Assembly: GCF_964204645.1 (NCBI RefSeq)
Contig: NC_134032.1
Location: 12,760,275-12,824,274, forward strand
Direction: 5' to 3'
DNA length: 64,000 nucleotides
DNA from: Tubulanus polymorphus
Lineage: Eukaryota > Animalia > Nemertea
A program made the position numbers and the translations under genes. The notes under the pieces were generated by a model, which was given only the letters and a program-made list of their open reading frames with translations, had not been told where the DNA came from and searched no databases. Positions 49,677-61,100 of this stretch are shown one piece after another. Positions within the stretch are counted from its first letter, which is position 1. Each line of letters begins with the position of its first letter.

Positions 49677-52078
49677 GATCGGAGATTTGACTAGAATGAT
49701 GATGACGCGAACGATGATATTTTATAGAACTGCGACTTCTTTCAGACGTGCGACGTGACTACAAAACACGATACGGCTTAATTCGTGTAATTCAATTGCG
49801 CTTTTTAATTCGATCGCATTCGATTTCGACATTTTCGGCTGCCATTCAATCGGTTTACGCGCACATTCGCGAATCGAATTGCAAATATTTCAATCGAATA
49901 AACTGAACTTTAAACTTTCCTTCGCCCGTAGCAACAGAGTAGATTCCGATAGATTTACCGCGACGTGGTTGTAATTCATTCTAAAAGCACCGGGATGAAT
50001 TACGCGTGCACGATGATTGTCATTGACAGATATAGAATTCACTTTGATGTCGAGATGCGCGTTACTGTATTTTCCCCCTATAGAGAAGAATTGCGGTATT
50101 AGATTATTTTTGAGATGTATTCAATGACTCAATGCGAGCTATATTTTAAGTTGAATTTTAGTTGTGTCCTTGGCGGATTAAACTTCGATTCCAATTTGTA
50201 AAAGGTATCGTATCTTAACGAACATGCATGAATCAACGTTCTTCAGTGTACTCGCTATAGTGTACTACTGTATGAACGCTATTCCCAAATCTCAACAACT
50301 TAAACTATTGCTGTTTATTCCCGAACAACCTGCAACAGATCTGGCTCTCCGGATGGGAATGATCTCGGTGACAAGCTGCTGATGATTACTGATTCCCGGA
50401 GATACAGCAATGAGCGCCAGCCCCTAAAATAAGTAGGTAATTGTTTCAGAAAGTTGCTTGATATCCAGCAGGAACTAGTTCGTTAACTGCGAGTTAGAGT
50501 TTAAAACTCTGAGTTGGAATCAGTTCATTTCCAATGTCTAAACGTCATCCTGGCTGTAAATGGTATAAACTAATTTGATATCAACTAATTTGTTCCTGGG
50601 ACGCCAAGTTTATCTCTGCTGATACAATTACCAGATCAGACCTGATGGATGATTTCCAGGCATTTTCAGCAACTTCATTGAACCACATTGTATGGCATTG
50701 TATCATATTTCAGGAGCCTTGAATCCAGTTTTGACAGGGTAAAAGCATTTAGTTTTACTATGCAGCCTCGTAGCTTTATCGGATCCGTTTTCATTTCTCT
50801 TCAGTTGCATGTTTTGGACCTTATGTTGAAATACAAATCTATACGAATAAAGTTATTTATCGTCGTATACACGACGCGCAGGGAAACAGTCAAACACGGA
50901 AACACGAAAAAAGACAGGCTTGATCTCGGGCACGGAACGATGTTTCTTTTAAACGCACAAAACACTGTGAAACGCTCGGAAACATGTTTCTTTCTCCTGT
51001 TTCCGTTTTTCACTGAGTCGTATGCATTGGGGCTATACATTATGAAAATGTAATAGCCGGAGAAGTAATCATAATTCATACATAAAATTAGAAACGTAGG
51101 ACCTTTAACATATAAAATGAATTCAATTTTCTACTCAGATCCCATGAATAATTGATTTATTAAAGACAGAATTCATCCTTTGTCTATAGATGAAGTTCAG
51201 ATGTATCACTACTGCAGATCTGAGGGCATTCCACTATATCGGATAAAACCAACAGTTTTCTATCATTCACTACTGTCATCTGTTAGCTCGTTAAGAAGAA
51301 AGTTAATTCAGTTTTAATCGAAATGTAGAAGAAATCGAACGCGGGCGATCAAATGTCTGCTAGCGACACCCGGCGGATCCTCGCCAGTACGCGAGAATGA
51401 CTGTAAATCATAGTACGTATTTGCTTCTATTGGCCCAAAACTGGTTGGTTGGAATTAATATCATATTTGATGACAACTGACTTTATAAAGTTCATACATC
51501 CAAATAGCACAATAAACTAATATCAATAGATATGTCAGTGTTCTCTGACTCACTGATCCAACAACAGATACCTCAAGTGACAGTTCCAATCAGCGGCAAC
51601 CAATTACATAAGAGCGATTTAATTTTGAATAAGAGATTGAGCTGAAATGTATAACAGTTGATATAATTATAGGTCTACAAAAATGGTCAAAACTGATAAA
51701 GTCTTGAATGCGGGATGAATAGAAATATGAAATCGTTATCTATGTCTAAAGAATAGCCATCAGCGGATCAATAATTGAATTTTAGATTTATGTAATTAAT
51801 CTTTAGAAATACTTGAGACAGTGCGACCCGATTAACGGACAACAGCTGCAGCCGGGGAACATCCCCGGTAGAGCTGTAGAATATAGACATTGTTGGTTTA
51901 GGTTTCTTCGCGAAAGTCGTGTACAAAACGCGCAGTTTATGGGTATTACTGCAGAAAAAATGTTGCATCGACGGTCAAAAACGTAATAGTCACCTGTTAA
52001 GATTCTTAAGGTCGTCAAGCTAGACGTCTTGTTTGTGCAAGACTTAGATTCCAGTGGTTATTCATCTCTGAAGTTACA

Positions 52079-53769
52079 ATGCTTAACATATTCTACGATT
52101 TATCGAAATCGGTATCACGGGCTTTGTGGTCGAAACGATTGCGGTGTTTTTTCGTGGTTGTCTCCGTCATCGTCTTCGTCGCGACTGTCTTTATTCGAAA
52201 CGAATATATCGGTTTTGAACACGCGATAAAATCCCGTTTGGTGAATGTGCTTTGTGTTCCAGATACAGTCGTCGGTAATTCGTGCGGCCGTCGGAGTAAC
52301 CGGGAATCAGTCTCCGAAAAATGCAGAATGACGACCTATCCTAACTCTAGTCTTCATAAACGCGCTTTAAACTTCGTAAAAGCCGTAGGACTTCCACCTC
52401 TAACAGATCCGTCCGCGATATGGCGCGAGATGGACAACGGTATAAGACTGACCGCCCAACTGCAACACGTTCCTCAACAGGCCATCGAAGGATCTAAACA
52501 GCGAAAATCGAAGGAGATTTTAGTGTGGGGTGGATTTGCCTCGTCCTTCACATGGGATGCATACGAGAAAATATTCAAACGGAATCTAAATCCATTTTCG
52601 GGCTGCCCAGTAAATACCTGTGAAATTACTGACGACCGCTCTAAAGTCGGAACGGCTGACGTCATAGTGATTGAACGCCACATGATCCGGTCTGTTGGAC
52701 CATCGGGCCCCAGACCTAAACATCAAGTACAATTGATGTTAAACCTGGAATCGCCCCTTAACACTCCCCTACACTACGGAACCGGTTATCAATCGAGTAT
52801 AAACTGGACAGCTACTTACCGACGCGACTCGACCATTCCCGTTCCGTACGGAGTTTTTGTACGAAACAACGAATCAGATCGCTTTGAAGTTCTCAAAAAG
52901 AACTACGCCGCAGGTAAAACTAAGAAAGTCGCCTTGTTTGTTTCTAATTGCAACGATAAAAATGAGCGACTGAAATTAGCAAAAGAACTGTCCAAATACA
53001 TCAGTGTGGATATATACGGCAAATGCGGTACTCACAAATGTCCTAGAAGCCAGGAAAATATATGTTTCAATTTGTTGGACTCGAGTTACAAATTCTATCT
53101 AGCTTTCGAAAATTCAAATTGTAGGGAGTACATAACGGAAAAGTTCTTTGTGAATGGTTTATCGTAAGTATCATCTTGAGTCATCTTTCTTGTGGCCGAG
53201 TGGTAAAAAGCCGCAGGTCACGGTTTATGGGTTTATCTTGGTGGCAGCGAAGTAATACCGAAACCTGCTAATGATACTCGAATAATCTCGAATAACCCGG
53301 TGAATTGAGAAAAAAAGAACCATCAAACCTACTTGTAATGCCCGTTTCATTTCACGCTTAAAACATTTGTTAGATCTACCAAAACGTGTTCTTTCTATCT
53401 TTCAGTCGGGATATTGTACCTATAGTTTACGGCGCTCATAAAGATGATTATGAACGCGTTGCTCCTCCACATTCGTTCATACACGTCGACGATTTCGAGT
53501 CTCCGAAACAACTTGCCGAATATCTGCACAGATTAGACAAAAACGATCGTTTATACAATTCATATTTCCGATGGAAAGGAACCGGCAAAGTGTTCACTGG
53601 TGATCTATATTTCTGGTGTCGTTTATGTATGCTGAGCCACGCCGATGACGCCGATAAAAGACGATACGTGTCCAATTATGATCGCTGGTGGAGACCCGAG
53701 GGTATATGTAAAATGAATAGCGGATACCAGCGATGGACGTCTCCTACTCACGGTACACTGTGGTCCTAG
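52079..53769 (+). CDS. Alpha-1,3-fucosyltransferase (GT10), FucTA-like
   Basis: Exons 52079-53163 and 53406-53769 (phase 2). Type II membrane anchor; FVSNC, YKFYLAFENSNCREYITEKF, VPIVYG, SFIHVDDF. Confidence 0.93.
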
Positions 53770-54101
53770 TAGCGCGATGGATGTGATTCGCGTCATAATG
53801 ATTTATCGTAATAGAAAGCGAAGATAGGCGGTGTCCATGGACCGTGGCCAACGGCTAAATCGAAACCGAACCACATGTTTTTTAGTTACGTATTGCTTCG
53901 CCAGGCGACTGTTTCTTTAGTAGCTCATTACTCAAACTGGCTTTATCTCGTTGTTAAAAGCGAATTCACTTTTGATAAAGATTTAAAAAAAACCCTCCAT
54001 TGAACCAGTGAAAAAATAGTGATGTTTGATTTTTATTGGTATAACGGATAAATCCGTATTATTCGCATGCCACAGTATGAATATTTGATCTGTGTGAAAT
54101 C

Positions 54102-54254
54102 TTAACCGTTAAGTGCTGCCCCTATACATAACGTTGGCGGTAAATCTGAGTACTAACTTATTACTCGCATGCCACAATAGGAATTTTGTGTGTTTGGGTT
54201 AGTTCATGCGTTTACCGCTAATGATATATCTAGGGACAGCACTTGACGGTCAAG
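54102..54254. mobile_element. Short foldback/MITE
   Basis: ttaaccgttaagtgctg...gcggtaaa / tttaccgc...cagcacttgacggtcaa. Confidence 0.6.
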
Positions 54255-54346
54255 ATCTGACATATTCTCGAAGATAATTTTGAGCACGTGGGATCATCGT
54301 GGAGTGCTAAACTCCCGTAGCAACGCTGCCGGCGGTAGTCCAACTG

Positions 54347-56072
54347 CTAATCCCATATTTCCATTGTGTAATCATCAATATATGCATCTTTAAGTAACGC
54401 GATATTATAAATTGTCTTATTAACCCGAAGCGCTAACTCAGAATCCATGTAACGCGTAATCTCGGGGAATGACGCTATTTTTGTCGTTTTAATCGGTTTC
54501 AATTGTACGTCGTCGACGTACAGAACTCCGTCCGCACATTTCACCGAAACCCATTCAGAATCAACGAATATCTTTGTGTCGATTTCGTAAACCAACATTT
54601 CCTGCGTCGTCATGTTGACACATTCGCCTTTAGTCCGACCGAAAACTGCCAGACGATGTTTGAAGTAAATAAGCAATGATCCGCGTCCGCTGAAGAAAAA
54701 CGAAATCGTATAGTTTTTGATAGCAATGTCATCCATTACGTCGCCATAACGCAGATAAAACGCTTGACCAGCGGAACCAGGTGCTATCGTCTGACTGTTG
54801 TCTACACCTCCCTTTAGTGTAACATTGCTTCTGCTTTTGCTATTATCTACGGTCATATTGGCTCCCTCGCCGAACACAATTCCTCGTTCGGCGTCAACTT
54901 TCTCGAAATCGAAAAAATAACGGAATTTGGGCGGCGGTGATGCGTCAGCTCCTGAAATTAATTTTGGAAAAAGTCTACACTCCTTACAGCTAACACGTAC
55001 ATGAATTCACAGATTTCTACAAATATTTCTATGTCTGAGAAGACAACACGGCGGATGATAGTTAAGGGTTAACGACTAAGAATTTATATTTTCTAAGTGG
55101 ATGTTGGGATCTCGTCTATGCTTGACGTGAAGCCAAGGCTCACCGATATTCCCAGTAAACCATATGATTAACTCAATCTTATTGAGAAAAAAAACTACGT
55201 TGAAAGTCGTACAGTTGTCGAAGGAAAATATTCTCACCGTTAGCTCCTTTCTTATCGCTGCTTGTCTGTTTATATATCTGGAACAGACAGCAACAAGTTT
55301 AATTCCAAATCGACTGCCATCTAGAAACTGGCCATCGAATGGCAGTACGTAACCTACTCCTTCTTTTGATTTATAGATATATCCCGGGAATGTCGAGAAA
55401 TAAAATAAAATCGTTGTCTGAGTTGTGTATTTAAGACCCAGGACCCAGTTCCACAGTTGTGAGTTAGAGTTAACTCTGAGTTAAAGTTAGTTCATTTTCA
55501 GTGATTTAACCCAGAGTTAAATCTTAACTCGAAACTATGGAACTGGACCCAGAATATTGAAGATTTAACAACGATAATCTGTTACACTGACGTTTCTGAG
55601 GTAGATTATACCTATAATCTACCGATCTTAATCTTTTTGCAAATATGATGTCTCTGAAAATGGTTATAGTAGCATTCTGTCCGTTCGTGAAATAAATATT
55701 TAAATCCTAAATTTTCTATTGGTGTTTGATGATATAAAATTCAAAGAATCTTACCTGGTAGTAGTCGACGGTTCTGCCAGTAACGCTACACTGGTCATCG
55801 TCCGTAGTGACGTCATGTAGATAACAATTTCCGCCATCAGCGAAGGAAAAAGCCGAACATTTCTCATCATTCATACAATCAGTTCCGCACTCAAAAACGC
55901 TGCGAACTCTTTTCTCCGACCGGTTTTGCGAATTTCTGCTCGATTCAAGTTTTCCGATCGAACATTTGGAAAGTCGAGTGAATTTCTGATAGCGAGTGTC
56001 GGATGAAACGGCGACGGTAACGAGACAGAAAACGATGCATTGTAAGAAATTCGATTTGCTTTTTGCGTCCAT
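54347..56072 (-). CDS. Secreted ~320-aa protein with PAN/Apple domain and putative ConA/LamG-like domain
   Basis: Exons 56072-55755, 55277-55238, 54951-54347 join in frame. Signal peptide; ECGTDC...CSAFSF...CYL; C-terminal YFFDFE...YTISFF...LYVDD...YIDDY. Confidence 0.7.
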
Positions 56073-56587
56073 CGCGATTCTTCTTCCGAGGTCCGTTTCA
56101 AATCTTTATCGGGTTCTAAATGAAAAGAGCGAATGAATGCGCGCAGAACATCCAGCAGCAACGTTAATCTGATTTACATCAAAATGACGTTCCTTCGTCT
56201 TGAAATCGTTTTTTTTCAAACAACTTTAGCTTCCGAATGCCTTGAATGCATTTAGTTTCTTCAATGTTTGATGATGCCTGCAGCATTTTGCGAAGGAAGA
56301 AATAATGGGGCCATACACAGTGGATACTTTTTATTTACGTAAGCCAGACTTTACCGACGTTTTGCCCCGATTTACAGACATCCCGAGCACGAAATAATCT
56401 CTTGAATAACCGGTCGGACGATTAGCTCCCATGGTAGCACAAGTCTGTTTGAAAACCCTAGAGCTAAATTTCATAAACGTTAATTAACAACGGACTAGAA
56501 CAGAGTCAGGGGATTTTTGCATTAAGCCGAAACCGAGAGGCGTAAACCGAGATCTTGTTTGCAGCCTACGCGTGCGAATTCGAACTG

Positions 56588-57285
56588 TGGCAAGTGGGGA
56601 TCCACCAGATATCGTTTTAGTGAGAGTAGTAGGACATAAACTACTGTGGATTCCACTTGTAGCACGCACAAGGATCCACCAGGTATGCAGTTGTGGTAGG
56701 ACGAGGATTTCACTGTGGCAATAGAGGATTCCACTTGCGGGAAGCGAGGATCCACCAGGTGTGCTAGTGTGCAGTAGAGCATGAACTACTGTGGCAATAG
56801 AGGTTTCCACTTGCGGGAAGCGAGGATCCACCAGGTGTGCAGTAGAGCATGAACTACTGTGGCAATAGAGAATTCCACTTGCGGGAAGCGAGGATCCACC
56901 AGGTATGCAGTTGTGGTAGGACATGAACTACTGTGGCAATAGAGGATTCCACTTGCGGGAAGCGAGGATCCACCAGGTGTGCTAGTGTGCAGTAGGACAT
57001 GAACTACTGTGGCAATAGAGGATTCCACTTGCGGGAAGCGAGGATCCACCAGGTGTGCTAGTGTGCAGTAGGACATGAACTACTGTGGCAATAGAGGATT
57101 CCACTTGTGGGAAGCGAGGATCCACCAGGTGCTCTAGTGTGCAGTAGGACATGAACTACTGTGGCAATAGAGGATTCCACTTGTGGCATGCGAGGATCCA
57201 CAAGGTGTCTAGTGTGCAGTAGGATATCAACTACTGCGGCAATAGAGAATTCCACCTGCGGAAAGCGAGGATCCACCAGGAGCGC
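56588..57285. repeat. 76-bp tandem repeat (some 67-bp units), about 9 copies
   Basis: gcagtaggac recurs at 56989, 57065 and 57141; relatives at 15.4 kb (+) and 62545-62750 (-). Confidence 0.95.
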
Positions 57286-58134
57286 CTGTGAGAAGACAGA
57301 CACGAGAACGATGAATAACTTAACACTGAAGGAAATATCAAAACATTACTATAACTATCGCTTTTATTCGTATCTTCCATCTTCGTGTATTATTTTGCTA
57401 CGTACATAAATAATCAGTATTAATTTACATGTACTTTTTCTAAAGGAATCCATTCACTACATGTATGTCTAATGCAGGTTTGATCCCTATCACACTTTAC
57501 ACGCGTTCAGGACTTCGCCTCAGATAAAATCAATTGAAAACGCACTGACAAAGACCGGTGTTGCTCTTAAGTGTTGGTTTGAGTTAACCAGTGGATAAGT
57601 GACAATTCAAACTGTATTGTTACCATGCCATTTATCTGGTGGTTAACGTTAACCTATTTTTTGGGCAACCGAGACCAGACTCTACACTACAATCAAGGGC
57701 AGACCTGGGAAAAGACCAAGTTGTACCTAGATGTTAATTAAACGAAAGGCCCACAAGACGAACTGAGGTAAATTTTGTAAAATAGCCGCCAAAATGATGC
57801 ATTTCCCTCAATGCGTCAGCCAGTAGGGCCCTTCTAGACCGCCTAGATTGGACCACACTCTCGCGTTAATGAATATCTGAAGGATTGATGATTAATTACA
57901 GGCTGCAGATACATATCTGCATAAGAGCTATCGTAAAAAAAGTAACAATACTTTCCCATTCACTATAGCACAACAATAGGCTATTCCTTTTAAACCATGC
58001 TGGGTAAAGCGACGACATACCGCGAAATTGATCATCACAAAATAAAATCACAACAATAATAATAATAATAGCACTGGATAAATTATATGTACACAAAAAC
58101 TAAGTGTTCGTTGATTCCGCTTCGGTGCTGCCCT

Positions 58135-61100
58135 CTATAGAAGCATCGCGGACGGGTTTTCGAGGAAATATCTGAATTCCTGTAACCACTGCGCGCCGAC
58201 CGCTCCGTCCACGACCCGGTGATCGCAGCTCAGAGTAACGCTCATTACCGTCGCTTCTCGAGTCCTGAAACAAAAACAACCGGAGAATCGACGTTAGAAA
58301 TTCATTCAAATGAAACATTTCAGAGTCCCTACAACTTGTCGTAAAAACTCTTCTCTAAAAAGAAAAGGCTTTTAAAGGTGGTTGAAATCCTTTAATTAGA
58401 GCAAAATGCCCAAAACTTCTTCAATTTTTAGAAATAGACAATTAGAAATGTTTGAAGACGTACAGAAAACTAGGCTTCAATTGGTAAAGATTTTCTTAAC
58501 CCTAATAGGTAGTTACTGAATTAGAAACCAGGTCTAGGTAGTGTTAAGGATAAAAAGTTGCTTACAACACCACCTCATCACCGGGAAACCGAGTATTCCC
58601 TGATTTTTTGCCGATTTTTCTTATTCCGAGATTTCCAGGGCCCAGTTTCACAAAAAAGTAAAACACAAATTTTTGGTGTTATTGCCATTGGTTACTTCAT
58701 GTTTTCATTGAGGACAAACTTAACCATTTTAGGCTTAAACTTGCGTGAAACTGGGCCCTGGTCGGTGGTCACCTTGAAATCTCAATGCTGATGGACTTGA
58801 TTATATTAATGCCAAATAGATTAACGATGACAACGTACCCGTTATCACTTTCATCATCGGGGAATAGCGTTTTTACAGAACTGCCGACTGCCAGTATACA
58901 AGCTTGAGGAGGATTGATAATCGCCGAGAAATTCTTTACGCCGAACATACCCAGATTTGAGATGGTAAAAGTGCCTCCCTGAAAAGTAAAAACGATGAAA
59001 TAATAATTACACGTATTGCGGAAGCGAATCTGGGAAAATTGGAAAGACGGGGTCTCGAAGAAAATACGAGGCATTTCAGCCGAGTCAAAAGCCCCGTTTG
59101 GGGTTCCGCTGTCAGTTTTAGATATTTCGAAAGAAATACAGTGGAACCTCGTTGCAACGAACTTCAGGGGACCAGAAAGAAAATCCGTTCGTTATAACCG
59201 ATAGTTCGTAATATCCAGTATGAAAGTAATGATATTGTCTTATTTGCGACGAAATTCTATAATATTTGTAATATCCGATGAATCGTTATATCCAAGTTCA
59301 TTATAACGAGGTTCCACCGTAGATACATAAGGTTGCAAATTCCCAGAAGATGAGTGTCAGATCAATGATCTAAGTCTTGATGAAAAGGGCCACCTCAAAG
59401 GGAAGGCAGGGGCTCCCATGTCTGAGATTATCTCTTAATTCTGCCTCTGTATTTATCGAAACAATACTTTGACAAGATATCTCCGAAGTACGAGCTTAGA
59501 CCTACTTGAAATTCTTGTGGTTGAAGTCGACCTTCGCGCGCCTTCGCGGCCAACGACTGTACATCGGAATTGATGCTCGACAAACCTTTCTGGTCGGCGT
59601 TAAATACTATCGGTGTTATGAGGCCGTTATCGGTGGCGACGGCGACGTTGATATCTACGTTGTGAAACCTAAATAAAAGACGAGATATTCGTACAGCGAG
59701 ACACGACGCAATCAACCCCCGAAATGCCGAACGTCGAATTTTTCCCCGAAAATAGAACATACGTATTCTAGCTTGGAACAACAGGGAGGTTATTTTGCCC
59801 TCATTAAAAATTCCCCGAGTTTTCTACACCGGTATGTTATAAAATTCCCTGAGTGAATCTGCGGCTCGTGAATGGAAAAATGTCTTGGTTTATAGTGAAT
59901 GTTATAATTCATCTACAAATCACGTATTGTAACAAAGGCCCGGTCAATAGTATCAAAATTTCCGGAGTTTTCTAGGTTTCTCTCAAAAATTGACCAAATT
60001 CCTCGAATTTTCCTCATTTTTGTGATTCCCGAGTTTTCGAGAAATTTCGAGAGCAACGGTTTTGGAATTTTTTTTTTCAACTACGTCTATAAACTTACTC
60101 TCTAATGTACGTATCCTGCCAGGAGGAGTTACACTCCGGACGCCTTTTACACGCGTGCGCTGCCGCTTTTATTATAAAATCATTTACGCTCAATTTCACG
60201 GAATCTTTCGATAAAACTTCGTTAAATTGTTTCCTCAATCTGAAATGAGAGTAAAATAGCGAATAGTTTAAGACAATGAACGATGGTCACTCGAACCGTT
60301 TGGGAAGTGTTTGACAACCAGATCGAAATTTAAATCTTTCAATCCCAAATCCCCTGATATTTCCATGATTCCATGACCCTTGATAAAAAAATCCCTGTGA
60401 ATCATAAGATGTGTCGGTGGGGGCTGTTTCTTATGAAGAGGTTCCTGGCACCGCTCATCACCAGTAAGAAAAAGAAGACACCACAAAATCAAATTCTATG
60501 ACTTTTCGCTAATTTTCAAAAAAAAGAATCAGAATTCCCTGATCTGCAAGAACCCTGATTAAAAACTCAGACTTTGCCCCTTACACCTCTGTTCACCATT
60601 CTACCCAGAATGAGAGATTTCCGTATGGTCATACCTGATAACTTGGTCCATTTCCACATCGACCGATAGATAATAATGTGGTATAGTCTGTTTTGACTGA
60701 ACCAAACGTTTGGCGATCGTCTGTAACAACAACGAAATCATGAACGAAACATATATGAATACGACACCCACCGGGGACCAGTTACCGTATATAGTTATGG
60801 CTTATACATGCATTTAAGACTAGTCTAAGACCATCTTAATTAGGGGCTGTTTGATTATGGGTCTACATGCAGTGTGGCTTAGTGGTAGAGTGCTCGCCCC
60901 CCAATCGGGAGGTTGTGTGTTCGAACCCCGGCTGTGCTGTAGTGTCCTTAGGCAAGGCATTAATTCACAATTGCTACTGGCTGACGACGCCTTGATCGCT
61001 CTGCAGCGTATCGGTGATGCAGCTCCCCAGGGAGAGTAAGAATGTACTGGATTGGTAACAGAAGCTGGGTAATAATTGAGTGACAGCGCTTTGAGCATTC

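Noticed and set aside
50688-51079. Overlapping 121/92-aa ORFs
   Set aside because: No recognisable domain, splice structure or exon-like composition.
55585-55635. Minus-strand hairpin followed by GAAACGTC
   Set aside because: No recognisable CTGANGA and extra bases before GAAA; too degenerate to call.
56484-57409. Repetitive ORFs and possible CRISPR-like array
   Set aside because: Plain 76/67-bp tandem repeat with no unique spacers and no cas genes, in a eukaryotic context; the ORFs are repeat artefacts.
60868-60940. tRNA gene
   Set aside because: No proper acceptor stem, and it continues into a SINE body and tail.
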